From Candidatus Epulonipiscium sp. (GTDB lineage Bacteria; Bacillota; Clostridia; Lachnospirales; JAAYNZ01), in NCBI GenBank assembly GCA_012524135.1, contig JAAYSE010000131.1, positions 1 through 59,399 on the forward strand: a stretch of 59,399 bases of DNA. Reading direction: 5' to 3'. A program made the translations under genes and the position numbers. This document shows positions 1-9,236 of the stretch, one piece after another. Each line of letters begins with the position of its first letter. Position 1 is the stretch's first letter. The notes below the pieces were generated by a model. It saw nothing but the letters and a program-made list of their open reading frames with translations, did no database searches and was not told the DNA's origin.

Positions 1-624
1 AGAAAGGTACGAAGTTCAAGACGTCATATTTCAAAAAGGTATTTATTATATATAATAGGTAGTGGATGTATTATTATTGGTATTTTAATAGGAGCTATCA
101 TTGCTCATAATGTAAATGAAATTCAACGAAAAGAATTATTACAGTATATAGAAACTTTTTTTTCTCAATTTCCAAGTAATGATATTTCTTCAAAACAACT
201 TTTATTAGACACATTATTAAAAAATATAAAACAACTTTTGTGGATTTGGGTAATGGGCTTTCTTACGATAGGTATTCCCTTTGTTTGTGTAGCTTTGTTG
301 TTAAGAGGATTGAGTTATGGATTTATGTCCACTTTTTTGTTGATTCAATATGGTTGGGATGGCCTTTTATTTGGTTTTACTTCTTTTTTTCCACAAAATC
401 TTATTTTTATTCCTGCGTTTATATTCGTATCAAGATATAGTATTCAATGGAGTTTAAATCATTATCAAAAAAAGCAAATGAGAGCTCGTTGGCAACATGA
501 ACAAAAGCATCAATGGATAGAATATAGTTTAGTATTGTTACTTGGCTTAGCTTGTATTGTATTAGGTAGTATCATCGAAACATATTTTACACCGGTTCTT
601 ATGAGATTTTTATTAACTAGATAG
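1..624 (+). CDS. spoIIM: Stage II sporulation protein M (SpoIIM), 5'-truncated at window edge
   Basis: Frame 1 is open from nt 1 to TAG 622-624, and track ORF 238..624 is its C-terminal part. It is a multi-pass membrane protein. It sits directly upstream of xerD, as in the Bacillus/Clostridium spoIIM-(fur)-xerD neighbourhood. Confidence 0.65.
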   Translation, partial: RKVRSSRRHISKRYLLYIIGSGCIIIGILIGAIIAHNVNEIQRKELLQYIETFFSQFPSNDISSKQLLLDTLLKNIKQLLWIWVMGFLTIGIPFVCVALLLRGLSYGFMSTFLLIQYGWDGLLFGFTSFFPQNLIFIPAFIFVSRYSIQWSLNHYQKKQMRARWQHEQKHQWIEYSLVLLLGLACIVLGSIIETYFTPVLMRFLLTR

Positions 625-720
625 ATACTAGTCATCGACTTTTTTATAAAAATACATTATAATGGAAAGAGATAAATTACAAAAGAGAAATAGATAATCC
701 AATGTTAAAGGAGACCTAAG

Positions 721-1605
721 ATGGAAGAATGCGTAGTTCAATTTACGGAATATCTAAAGAATAATAAGGGCTCTACCAAAAATACAATTCTTTCCTATGA
801 AAGGGATCTGAAAAATTTTAAAAAGTTTCTTTCACAAACTAATAGTACAAAACTCCAAAATATAAATGTAACAAATGTAAGATCCTATTTATTATTTTTA
901 GAGAAAAAAGGCAGAGCACCTTCAACGATTTCTAGAAATCTTGCTTCATTGCGTTCGTTTTTTCGATTTTTATATAAGGAAGGGCTCATTTATGAAGATC
1001 CTACAGTAGATGTAGCTGCACCCAAAATTAAAAAAAAGCTTCCGGAAATATTAACAATGGAGGAAGTAGAATTATTACTAGCACAACCGGATAATAAAGA
1101 ATTAAAGGGAATTCGAGATAGGGCTATGTTAGAAGTTCTTTATGCAACCGGTATTCGAGTTTCTGAGTTAATTAGTCTTCAAACGAATCAAGTACATATG
1201 ACATTAGGATATTTACAATGTTCATATATGGGTAAGGAAAGAGTCATTCCTTTAGGCTCGAAGGCGATTGAAGCTTTAGAAAAATACATAGAAGAAGTAA
1301 GAAGTATTATGATTCGTGATAGTCAAGAACGTGCTTTGTTTGTTAATTGTAGTGGAACACCTATGTCTAGACAAGGCTTTTGGAAAATAGTAAAAACGTA
1401 TGCTCAACAAGCAGCCATTCAAAAGCCTATTACACCTCATATGTTACGTCATTCTTTTGCTGCTCATTTAGTAGAAAATGGAGCGGATTTACAATCTGTA
1501 CAAGAAATGTTAGGACATTCTGATATTTCAACAACTCAAGTATATGCTAAACTTCAAAAAAATAAAATTAAAGAAGTTTATAATAAAGCGCATCCTCGGG
1601 CATGA
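721..1605 (+). CDS. xerD: Site-specific tyrosine recombinase XerD
   Basis: 294 aa. N-terminal SAM-like core-binding domain, C-terminal catalytic motifs (...LRHSFAAHL..., ...GHSDISTTQVY...), and a GGAG RBS. The chromosomal spoIIM-xerD-deoB context matches B. subtilis ripX. Confidence 0.9.
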   Translation: MEECVVQFTEYLKNNKGSTKNTILSYERDLKNFKKFLSQTNSTKLQNINVTNVRSYLLFLEKKGRAPSTISRNLASLRSFFRFLYKEGLIYEDPTVDVAAPKIKKKLPEILTMEEVELLLAQPDNKELKGIRDRAMLEVLYATGIRVSELISLQTNQVHMTLGYLQCSYMGKERVIPLGSKAIEALEKYIEEVRSIMIRDSQERALFVNCSGTPMSRQGFWKIVKTYAQQAAIQKPITPHMLRHSFAAHLVENGADLQSVQEMLGHSDISTTQVYAKLQKNKIKEVYNKAHPRA

Positions 1606-1698
1606 TAAAAGGTAGAAAAATGAAGTACCCAATAAACATAAATTAAAAGGAGGTGAATATCGTTACGAGAACATTAAGTTTTCAGTAACGAAAGATCT

Positions 1699-2871
1699 AT
1701 GATTAAAAGAATTATTTGGATTGTACTGGATAGTGTAGGAATGGGAGAACTCCCAGATGCAAAAAAATTTGGAGATGAAGGAAGCAATACTTTAGGTAAT
1801 GTTTGGAAGGCTACGAATGGCCTATCTATACCTCATTTATTAGCATTAGGTTTAGGAAATATTGAGGGGATGTTAGAATTACCTACTATAACAAATCCAA
1901 AAGGATGTTTTGGTCGTTTTGCTGAACAATCCAATGGAAAGGATACAACGATTGGCCATTGGGAAATGACAGGTATTTATTCTCCTATAGCATTTCCAAC
2001 GTATCCTAATGGATTTCCCAAAGAGGTTATTGATGCTTTTATAAAAGCAATAGGGACAAATATATTAGGGAATAAACCTGCTTCTGGAACGGAGATCATT
2101 AAAGAATTAGGAGAAGAACATTGTAAGACAGGATTTCCCATTGTTTATACATCAGCAGATAGTGTATTTCAAATAGCAGCTCATGAAAAAATTATTCCTA
2201 TTGAACGACTTTATGAAATGTGTAAAATAGCCAGGGAAATTTTACAAGGCAAACACGCAGTAGCTCGAGTGATTGCAAGGCCATTTATTGGTCCTATTGG
2301 TTCTTTTGAACGAACATCAAATAGGAGGGATTTTTCTGTTACTCCACCAGAGGCTACTATTTTAGATTATGTCAAAGAAAAAGGTTTGGATGTAATAGGA
2401 ATTGGAAAAATTGAAGATATTTTTGGAGGTCAAGGAATTACTCAAGCTATTCATACAATAGATAATATGGACGGAGTAGATAAGACGATTGAATATATTC
2501 AAAAAGAAAATCAAGGTCTGATTTTTACTAATTTAGTAGAATTTGATTCAAAATGGGGTCATCGTAATGATTATATAGGATATGGAAGGGGATTAGAAGA
2601 TTTTGATCGGCGTTTGCCAGAAATTTTAGAAGTGATGAATGACGAAGATGTTTTATTTATTAATGCAGATCATGGATGTGATCCAACAACACCTAGTACA
2701 GATCATTCTCGAGAATATGTACCTTTCTTAGCCTATGGAAAAGCATTAAAACAAGGAGTAGATTTAAATACAAGAACTACTTTTGCAGATATTGGACAAA
2801 CTATTAGTGAAATTTTTCAAACTCCTTCTGTATCTTTTGGAACTAGTTTCCTCTCTAGTATTTTAAAATAA
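1699..2871 (+). CDS. deoB: Phosphopentomutase
   Basis: 390 aa. The N-terminus [21 protein letters not shown] and the ...NADHGCDPT... metal-binding motif are typical of DeoB/Drm. Confidence 0.93.
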   Translation: MIKRIIWIVLDSVGMGELPDAKKFGDEGSNTLGNVWKATNGLSIPHLLALGLGNIEGMLELPTITNPKGCFGRFAEQSNGKDTTIGHWEMTGIYSPIAFPTYPNGFPKEVIDAFIKAIGTNILGNKPASGTEIIKELGEEHCKTGFPIVYTSADSVFQIAAHEKIIPIERLYEMCKIAREILQGKHAVARVIARPFIGPIGSFERTSNRRDFSVTPPEATILDYVKEKGLDVIGIGKIEDIFGGQGITQAIHTIDNMDGVDKTIEYIQKENQGLIFTNLVEFDSKWGHRNDYIGYGRGLEDFDRRLPEILEVMNDEDVLFINADHGCDPTTPSTDHSREYVPFLAYGKALKQGVDLNTRTTFADIGQTISEIFQTPSVSFGTSFLSSILK

Positions 2872-2890
2872 AAATTATAGAGTAATATTA

Positions 2891-2921
2891 AAAAAGAGCC
2901 TGTAAGAAAGGCTCTTTTTTC
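2891..2921 (+). terminator. Rho-independent terminator after deoB
   Basis: AGAGCC (2895-2900) pairs with GGCTCT (2910-2915), followed by a T5 run. Confidence 0.75.
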
Positions 2922-3081
2922 CGTTTATTTTCACGTATATTTTACAAGTAAAAGCCTACTATAACAATATATAGAGAATTGAATTGAATATAATATAACT
3001 ATAAAACATAATTTATATTTAATATTGTTATGTCTTTTATATGAATATGGAAAAAACTTAAATATAAAAGGAGGTTTTTTA

Positions 3082-4251
3082 ATGAGAAAGAAAAGAATAT
3101 TAGCTTTTTTATTTATCTTAATAATAATGGGTAATGTAATAAATATACCTATTATTAAAGCAAATTCTTTGGAGATTAATGCTAAATCAGCTCTTTTGAT
3201 GGAACCAACGACAGGGACTATTCTTTTTGAGCAAAATGCTCATGAATCTTTACGTCCGGCTAGTGTTACTAAAATTATGACTTTATTACTCATTTATGAA
3301 GCATTAGAAGAAGGAAAAATTCACTGGAATGATGTTATTACTGTTAGTGAACGAGCAGCTGGAATGGGAGGTTCTCAAGTATTTTTATCTCCGGAGGAAG
3401 AAATAGATGTAGCTACTTTAGTCAAATCTATTGTAGTAGCTTCTGGAAATGATGCATCTGTAGCGATGGCAGAACATATAGCAGGAAGTGAAGAAACCTT
3501 TGTTCAGTTGATGAATCAAAAAGCAAAAGAATTGGGAATGAAAAATACTCATTTTGTTAATTCTTCTGGTTTAGATGCAGATGGTCATATGACTACTGCT
3601 TATGATGTTGCGATTATGTCTCGAGAACTCATAACACGTTTTCCACAAATTCATGAGTTTTCTACTATTTGGCATGACAATTTAGTACATCAAAGGAAAA
3701 AGGGCGAAGAAGTTACCGATTTAACGAATACAAATCGTCTTTTAAAATGGTATGAAGGCGCTAATGGATTAAAGACAGGTTCTACCAGTAAAGCACTGTA
3801 TTGTTTATCGGGTACCGCAGAAAGAAATGGACTAAAATTGATTGCAGTTGTTATGGCAGCTCCTGATCATAAAACTCGTTTTCAAGAAGTAATGAAAATG
3901 TTTGATTATGGATTTGCTAATTATGAAATGGTAGAGGGTGATAAAAAGGGAACCGTAGTAGGTCGGATTCCTTTGATTAAAGGAATGGAAGAGGAAGTAG
4001 AAGTTATTTTAGAAAAAGAAATGAATTTTTTATTAAAAAAAGGAGCACAATCTAAAAAAGAGAACATGGAATATCATGTAGAAACTCCACCTTCTATAGA
4101 AGCTCCCGTAAAAGCTGGAGATGTTGCGGGAGAAATTATTTATAAAATAGAAGAAAAAGAAATAGGACGTTCGCCTCTTTTAATTAAAAAAGATGTTCAA
4201 AAAGCAAATTTTTCATATATGATTCACCAATTATTAGATTATTGGTTATAA
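3082..4251 (+). CDS. D-alanyl-D-alanine carboxypeptidase (serine peptidase S11), DacF-like by synteny
   Basis: Start taken at ATG 3082 (MRKKRILAFL..., signal peptide) 6 nt after AAAGGAGG; the track ORF from 3025 is an upstream extension. Motifs SVTK (SxxK), SGND (SxN) and KTGST (KTG) are present. Its position after xerD-deoB matches B. subtilis dacF. Confidence 0.88.
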   Translation: MRKKRILAFLFILIIMGNVINIPIIKANSLEINAKSALLMEPTTGTILFEQNAHESLRPASVTKIMTLLLIYEALEEGKIHWNDVITVSERAAGMGGSQVFLSPEEEIDVATLVKSIVVASGNDASVAMAEHIAGSEETFVQLMNQKAKELGMKNTHFVNSSGLDADGHMTTAYDVAIMSRELITRFPQIHEFSTIWHDNLVHQRKKGEEVTDLTNTNRLLKWYEGANGLKTGSTSKALYCLSGTAERNGLKLIAVVMAAPDHKTRFQEVMKMFDYGFANYEMVEGDKKGTVVGRIPLIKGMEEEVEVILEKEMNFLLKKGAQSKKENMEYHVETPPSIEAPVKAGDVAGEIIYKIEEKEIGRSPLLIKKDVQKANFSYMIHQLLDYWL

Positions 4252-4281
4252 ATCCAAGTATTTAAACTTGGATTTTTTTTA
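4251..4281 (+). terminator. Rho-independent terminator after dac gene
   Basis: AATCCAAGT (4251-4259) pairs with ACTTGGATT (4266-4274), followed by a T run. Confidence 0.8.
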
Positions 4282-4351
4282 ACTTTTCGATGTGACTTGA
4301 ATTTTAGAAGTTTTATTAGTAAAATAAGGAGTACAGTGAAAAGAAAAGAAG

Positions 4352-4987
4352 GTGGAGATTTTGAATATTTTGATATCGTATATATTAATGTTGTTAGCTA
4401 TTTTAACAGTAATTTCTATTCATGAATTTTCTCATGCAGGAGTAGCCACTCTTTTAGGCGATCCAACTCCTAGAAATGAAGGGCGCTTGACTTTAAATCC
4501 TTTAAAACATATTGATCCTATAGGTTTAATACTTTTTGTACTTATTCATTTTGGTTGGTCAAAACCTGTAAGAGTGAATGCGACTTATTTTAAGGATCAT
4601 AAAAAGGGAAGACTATGGGTGGCTGCTGCAGGACCCTTAAGTAATTTAATAGGGGCTTTTTTATTTGGTTTTCTTTTAAAGGTATTTTTATTACTTCCTT
4701 TATCTAGTTCTTCTTTCCATATGTATTTTTTGAATTTTTTAAGATATGGTGTTGAGTTTAATGTTATTTTTATGTTATTTAATTTGTTACCCATTCCACC
4801 TTTAGATGGATCACAACTTTTATTTAGTTTATTATCACCTAGTTCTTACTTTAAAATGCTACAATATGAAAAATTATTACATATGTTATTGCTTCTCTTA
4901 TTACTAATGGGAGTAATTCCTAATTTATTAATGCCTTTAGTTCGTTTTATTGTAAATTTAATTTTTAGTGCTTTTCATTTGCTATAA
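4352..4987 (+). CDS. Site-2 protease family (peptidase M50) membrane metalloprotease
   Basis: Polytopic membrane protein with an HEFSHA (HExxH) motif and a NLLPIPPLDGS (NxxPxxxLDG) motif. The start is uncertain: GTG 4352, or TTG 4361/4370. Confidence 0.8.
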   Translation: MEILNILISYILMLLAILTVISIHEFSHAGVATLLGDPTPRNEGRLTLNPLKHIDPIGLILFVLIHFGWSKPVRVNATYFKDHKKGRLWVAAAGPLSNLIGAFLFGFLLKVFLLLPLSSSSFHMYFLNFLRYGVEFNVIFMLFNLLPIPPLDGSQLLFSLLSPSSYFKMLQYEKLLHMLLLLLLLMGVIPNLLMPLVRFIVNLIFSAFHLL

Positions 4988-5007
4988 TGACAAAAGGAGT
5001 ATGTACT

Positions 5008-5775
5008 GTGAGTATAAAAGTGCATTTGGATGTATTTGAAGGTCCATTGGATCTTTTGCTCCATTTAATTGAAAAAAATAAAATGAATATTTATGATATT
5101 CCGATTGCTGAGGTTACGGATCAGTTCCTTGAATATATACATCAAGCAGAGGAACAAGATTTAGAAGTAATGAGTGAATTTTTAGTTATGGCAGCTACAT
5201 TGCTTCAGATTAAATCAAGGATGCTTTTACCTGTATCTTTACCTCAAAAAGAGGAGGAAGAAGATCCACGTGAAGAACTAGTAGCTAAGTTATTAGAGTA
5301 TAAAATGTATAAACAGTTATCTCTTTTACTTAAGCAAAGAGAAAGTAAGGGGCAACAGGTTCTTTATAAACCACCAACTTATCCAGAAGGATTACAATTG
5401 GAAGCTACTCCATTATCTCCCAATGATATATTAGATCATATTAGTTTACAGCAAATTTATAATGCCTTTCAAGATGTTATCAAAAGAAATCAAGCGAAAA
5501 TAGATCCTATTCGTCATGATTTTGGATCTATTTCAAAGGAAGTATATACTATAGAACAAAAAGTGGAATGGATTTATGAATTGCTTATGGTGACACCAGT
5601 AGTATATTTTGAAGATTTATTTTATGCAGATGCAGATCGTGTTGAAATAATTGTTACTTTTTTAGCATTGCTAGAATTAATAAAGCAAAAAAAAATAAAA
5701 ATTAGTCAAGAACAAATTTTTGATCCTATTCAAATTAGAAGATATAAAGAAACAGAATCAGGAAGGATGCTATGA
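5008..5775 (+). CDS. scpA: Segregation and condensation protein A
   Basis: ...VFEGPLDLLLHLIEKNKMNIYDIPIA... is the kleisin ScpA signature. GTG 5008 lies 8 nt after AAAGGAG and gives an N-terminus colinear with B. subtilis ScpA. An alternative ATG at 4987 overlaps the upstream stop (TAATG). Confidence 0.88.
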   Translation: MSIKVHLDVFEGPLDLLLHLIEKNKMNIYDIPIAEVTDQFLEYIHQAEEQDLEVMSEFLVMAATLLQIKSRMLLPVSLPQKEEEEDPREELVAKLLEYKMYKQLSLLLKQRESKGQQVLYKPPTYPEGLQLEATPLSPNDILDHISLQQIYNAFQDVIKRNQAKIDPIRHDFGSISKEVYTIEQKVEWIYELLMVTPVVYFEDLFYADADRVEIIVTFLALLELIKQKKIKISQEQIFDPIQIRRYKETESGRML

Positions 5776-6368
5776 TTTTGACAGAAATACAAGCCATTAT
5801 TGAATCTTTATTGTTTGTAGCAGGAGAAGCTATTCCCTTAGAGAAGATTAGTGAAGTAATTGAACATGATAGGAGAACAACTAAAAATATATTATATAGA
5901 ATGCAAGAGGAGTATGAAAAACAAGGTAAGGGATTACAAATTATTGAATTAGATGGAGCTTTTCAAATGTGTACGAAGCCTCAGTATTTTGAATATATAC
6001 AGAAATTATATCAAGCCCCACAAAAATTTATTCTTACTCAAGCATTATTAGAGACTTTAGCTATTATTGCCTATAAACAACCTGTTACCAAAATTCAAAT
6101 TGCAGATCTTCGAGGAGTTAACTGTGATCATGTAGTCAATCGTCTTATGGAATATGGTTTAATTTGTGAAGTGGGTCGATTAGAAGCACCAGGTCGACCT
6201 TTATTATTTGGAACGACAGAGGAGTTTTTGCGTTATTTTGGATTTCGGTCTTTGGATGAACTACCCAATTTAGAAGAACGAACCATTGAACAAATTCATG
6301 AAGAGGTAGAAGAAGAAATAAATATAAAAATAGAACATGATCAAGAAAAAATGAAAGATAAAGAATAA
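5772..6368 (+). CDS. scpB: Segregation and condensation protein B
   Basis: 198 aa with ...IESLLFVAGEAIPLEKI... and ...LETLAIIAYKQPVTK..., overlapping the scpA stop by 4 nt (ATGA). Confidence 0.9.
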   Translation: MILTEIQAIIESLLFVAGEAIPLEKISEVIEHDRRTTKNILYRMQEEYEKQGKGLQIIELDGAFQMCTKPQYFEYIQKLYQAPQKFILTQALLETLAIIAYKQPVTKIQIADLRGVNCDHVVNRLMEYGLICEVGRLEAPGRPLLFGTTEEFLRYFGFRSLDELPNLEERTIEQIHEEVEEEINIKIEHDQEKMKDKE

Positions 6369-6445
6369 AAAAATGAAAAAATAGAATGAGACAAGCAAAA
6401 AGAGTCTATATATGAGAATAGGAATCCAAAAGAGGGTGAAAAAAT

Positions 6446-7624
6446 ATGAAAGGAAAAAAACAAATTCAAGTTTGGATTGTCCTATTCTTTTTTTTAGGAA
6501 CGAGTTCGCTAATAAAAGGAGAAGAAAAGATACAGTATCCTTCAATAGTAGCTCGATCTGGTATCGTTATGGATTTAGATAGTGGAAGGGTGTTATGGGA
6601 AAAAGATGCTTATAAGAAAAGAGCAATAGCAAGTACAACAAAAATTATGACCTGTATTTTGGCTTTGGAAAAAGGGAATTTACAAGATGAAGTGAAGGTT
6701 AGTGCCAGGGCTGCGGCAGCACCGCGAGTAAAATTATATATTAAACCAGGTGAGGTTTATCGACTTGAAGATTTATTATATGCCTTGATGCTTCGATCTT
6801 CTAATGATGTTGCGGTTGCTATTGCAGAACATATTGGAGGAAGTGTAGAAGAATTTTGTAATATGATGACACAAAAAGCAAAAGAAATAGGAGCTATAAA
6901 TACTTCCTATAAAACACCTAATGGACTGGATGCAGAAGACCATTATTCTACAGCGTATGATTTAGCTCTCATTACAGCCTATGCTCTTAAAAACCCTACT
7001 TTTGCTAAAATTATTACTACTAGAGAAATTACTATTCCTAAATCTGGAGGATCTTATCGTTCCTTTTATCTATCTAATGCGAATCGCTTTTTAGCAGATT
7101 ATGAAGGAGCTACAGGTGTAAAAACAGGTTTTACGAGTCAAGCAGGTTATTGTTTTGTTGGTTCAGCCAAAAGAGATAATATGCATTTGATTTCTGTTGT
7201 TTTAGGTAGTGGTTGGTATCCACAGCGAAATCAAAAATGGATTGATACAAAAACTATTATGGATTATGGTTTTACAAATTTTAAACCAGAAAAAATTATT
7301 CACCAGGGAACACAAGTATCAACTATTCCTATTACATATGGTTTGGTTGAAGAAGTAGGAGTGGGATATACAGAAAATTTTATATATCCATTAAAAAAAG
7401 AGGATGAGATTACGACCCGTTTATATCTTCCTACGATATTAGAAGCACCTATTATAGAAGGAACCGTTGTAGGATATGCTAAGGTATTTTTAAATGGAGA
7501 GGAATGTAAACAGATTGAATTAAAAACTTTATCTACAGTAGAACGTCATGATTTTTTTACTTCATTTCAAAAACTAATTAAAAATTGGATGGAAATGCAA
7601 GGAATTTCATCTATTTTATCATAA
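6446..7624 (+). CDS. dacB: D-alanyl-D-alanine carboxypeptidase (S11), DacB-like by synteny
   Basis: Signal peptide plus STTK (SxxK), SSND (SxN) and KTGFT (KTG) motifs. It follows scpA-scpB and precedes rluB, as B. subtilis dacB does. Confidence 0.85.
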   Translation: MKGKKQIQVWIVLFFFLGTSSLIKGEEKIQYPSIVARSGIVMDLDSGRVLWEKDAYKKRAIASTTKIMTCILALEKGNLQDEVKVSARAAAAPRVKLYIKPGEVYRLEDLLYALMLRSSNDVAVAIAEHIGGSVEEFCNMMTQKAKEIGAINTSYKTPNGLDAEDHYSTAYDLALITAYALKNPTFAKIITTREITIPKSGGSYRSFYLSNANRFLADYEGATGVKTGFTSQAGYCFVGSAKRDNMHLISVVLGSGWYPQRNQKWIDTKTIMDYGFTNFKPEKIIHQGTQVSTIPITYGLVEEVGVGYTENFIYPLKKEDEITTRLYLPTILEAPIIEGTVVGYAKVFLNGEECKQIELKTLSTVERHDFFTSFQKLIKNWMEMQGISSILS

Positions 7625-7662
7625 ACCTAGTGATACAGTTTTCGATAAAGGAGGATTTTATT

Positions 7663-8376
7663 TTGAAAGTTCGACTTCAAAAATACATAGCAGACTGTGG
7701 AATTACTTCAAGAAGAAAAGCGGAAGAATTAATAGTACAAGGGAAAATACAAATAAATGGAGAAACAACTTGTACTTTAGGTACTAAAGTAGATCCATGT
7801 AGAGATGAAATTCGGTATAAAGGAGAAATTATTAAACCGGAAAAACATCAAATATATCTTATGTTGTATAAGCCAGAAAAATATGTGACGACTGTGAAAG
7901 ATCAATTTCAACGACCTACTGTATTGGATTTATTATCGGAGGTAAAAGAACGAGTTTATCCTATTGGACGTTTGGACTATCATACCTCCGGTCTTCTTTT
8001 ATTAACCAATGATGGCGATATAGCATATCGAATTATGCATCCCAAATATGAAATAGTAAAGACTTATATAGCGACTGTAAAGGGAATCCCTACTAGAGAT
8101 CAATTAGAACATATGCGAAAAGGAATAGCTATTGAAGAGTATATAACGGCTCCTGCTTCTGTTAAGATGTTACGAAAAACAAAAAATCAGTCTGTTTTAG
8201 AAATTCAAATTCATGAGGGAAGAAATCGACAAGTAAGGAAAATGTGTCAAGCCATTGGACATCCAGTTATTCGGTTAGAAAGGACAAAGGTAGGAAAGTT
8301 AACATTAGGAACTTTAAAAAAAGGTGAATACCGTCATTTAACTTCTAATGAAGTGGAATATTTAAAAAAGTTATAA
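7663..8376 (+). CDS. rluB: Pseudouridine synthase, RsuA/RluB family (S4 domain + catalytic domain)
   Basis: TTG 7663 lies 6-8 nt after AAGGAGG, and the track ORF from 7585 would overlap dacB. Motifs seen: an S4 domain (RLQKYIADCGITSRRKAEELI) and the catalytic GRLDYHTSGLLLLTNDG. Confidence 0.88.
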   Translation: MKVRLQKYIADCGITSRRKAEELIVQGKIQINGETTCTLGTKVDPCRDEIRYKGEIIKPEKHQIYLMLYKPEKYVTTVKDQFQRPTVLDLLSEVKERVYPIGRLDYHTSGLLLLTNDGDIAYRIMHPKYEIVKTYIATVKGIPTRDQLEHMRKGIAIEEYITAPASVKMLRKTKNQSVLEIQIHEGRNRQVRKMCQAIGHPVIRLERTKVGKLTLGTLKKGEYRHLTSNEVEYLKKL

Positions 8377-8546
8377 ATTTTATAATAGAGAAACTTTCAT
8401 ATGCATAGTAGCATTTTGTATACTGTAACTTTCATATAATTATAATTTATTGAAAAAATATATAAAGTAGCTTTAAAATAGACAAGTAATGTTATGTATA
8501 TAGGGCAACTTGATTATTTGACAATGTGTTTAAAAGGAGGAAGATT

Positions 8547-9122
8547 ATGTTCTTTAATACGATTACAACGATGGTCCATCAACTATTACGATCATATATT
8601 CAACCGGGACAAATATTTGTAGATGCTACAGTAGGAAATGGATATGATACCCTTTTTTTAGCACAATCGGTGGGTGAAAATGGTAGAGTTATTGGATTTG
8701 ACATTCAAGAAAAAGCTTTAGAAGAAGCATTAAAGAAAATTAAAAAAGAGGGAGTAGAGGATCGTGTTTCTTTGATTCATGATTGTCATTCTAAATTAGA
8801 TTGTTATATTAAAGATCCTATTGATGGTGCTATGTTTAATTTAGGTTATTTACCAAAGGGAGATTCAACTATTATTACAACTGCTGAAACGACTTTACAA
8901 GCTCTTAGAAAGTCTATTTCTCTTTTAAAACCTGGAGGAATTATTACGGTTATTTCTTATTATGGACATGATGGAGGGGAAGAAGAAAAGAAAGCTGTAG
9001 ATCAATATTTAAAAAATATAAATGAAAAAGAAATCACAGTAGGATGTTTTTCATTTATAAATCGTCATCATTATCCGCCAATTTTATACATAATAGAAAA
9101 GAGAAAGAATAGAAAAAAGTAA
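8547..9122 (+). CDS. Class I SAM-dependent methyltransferase, YtqB/MnmM-like (tRNA mnm5s2U34 methyltransferase family)
   Basis: ATG 8547 follows AAAGGAGGAAG. It has a ...VDATVGNGYDTLFLA... SAM-binding motif and is about 190 aa, resembling the B. subtilis YtqB family. Confidence 0.75.
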   Translation: MFFNTITTMVHQLLRSYIQPGQIFVDATVGNGYDTLFLAQSVGENGRVIGFDIQEKALEEALKKIKKEGVEDRVSLIHDCHSKLDCYIKDPIDGAMFNLGYLPKGDSTIITTAETTLQALRKSISLLKPGGIITVISYYGHDGGEEEKKAVDQYLKNINEKEITVGCFSFINRHHYPPILYIIEKRKNRKK

Positions 9123-9147
9123 AAAAATAAGGAATGATAAGAAAAGC

Positions 9148-9176
9148 TTGCAACTCTGTAAAACATAATGTAGAAT
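9148..9176 (+). promoter_or_regulatory. SigmaA-type promoter of decarboxylase operon
   Basis: TTGCAA (9148-9153), a 17 nt spacer, then TAGAAT (9171-9176), about 60 nt upstream of the first gene. Confidence 0.45.
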
Positions 9177-9236
9177 AAAATAGGTGAAAGTTTTGTATTT
9201 TCAACAATGATAATTTTAAAATATGGAGGGAACCAA

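Noticed and set aside
721-1605. Tyrosine recombinase considered as the integrase of a mobile element.
   Set aside because: It is a XerD-type protein in the conserved spoIIM-xerD-deoB chromosomal context. No flanking direct repeats, tRNA target, excisionase or cargo genes are present.
1653-1688. An 11-codon ORF starting at a GTG inside the strong SD upstream of deoB, considered as a leader peptide.
   Set aside because: The GTG is part of the SD itself (zero spacing), so it is unlikely to be initiated. The SD-hairpin-AUG arrangement is reported as a finding instead.
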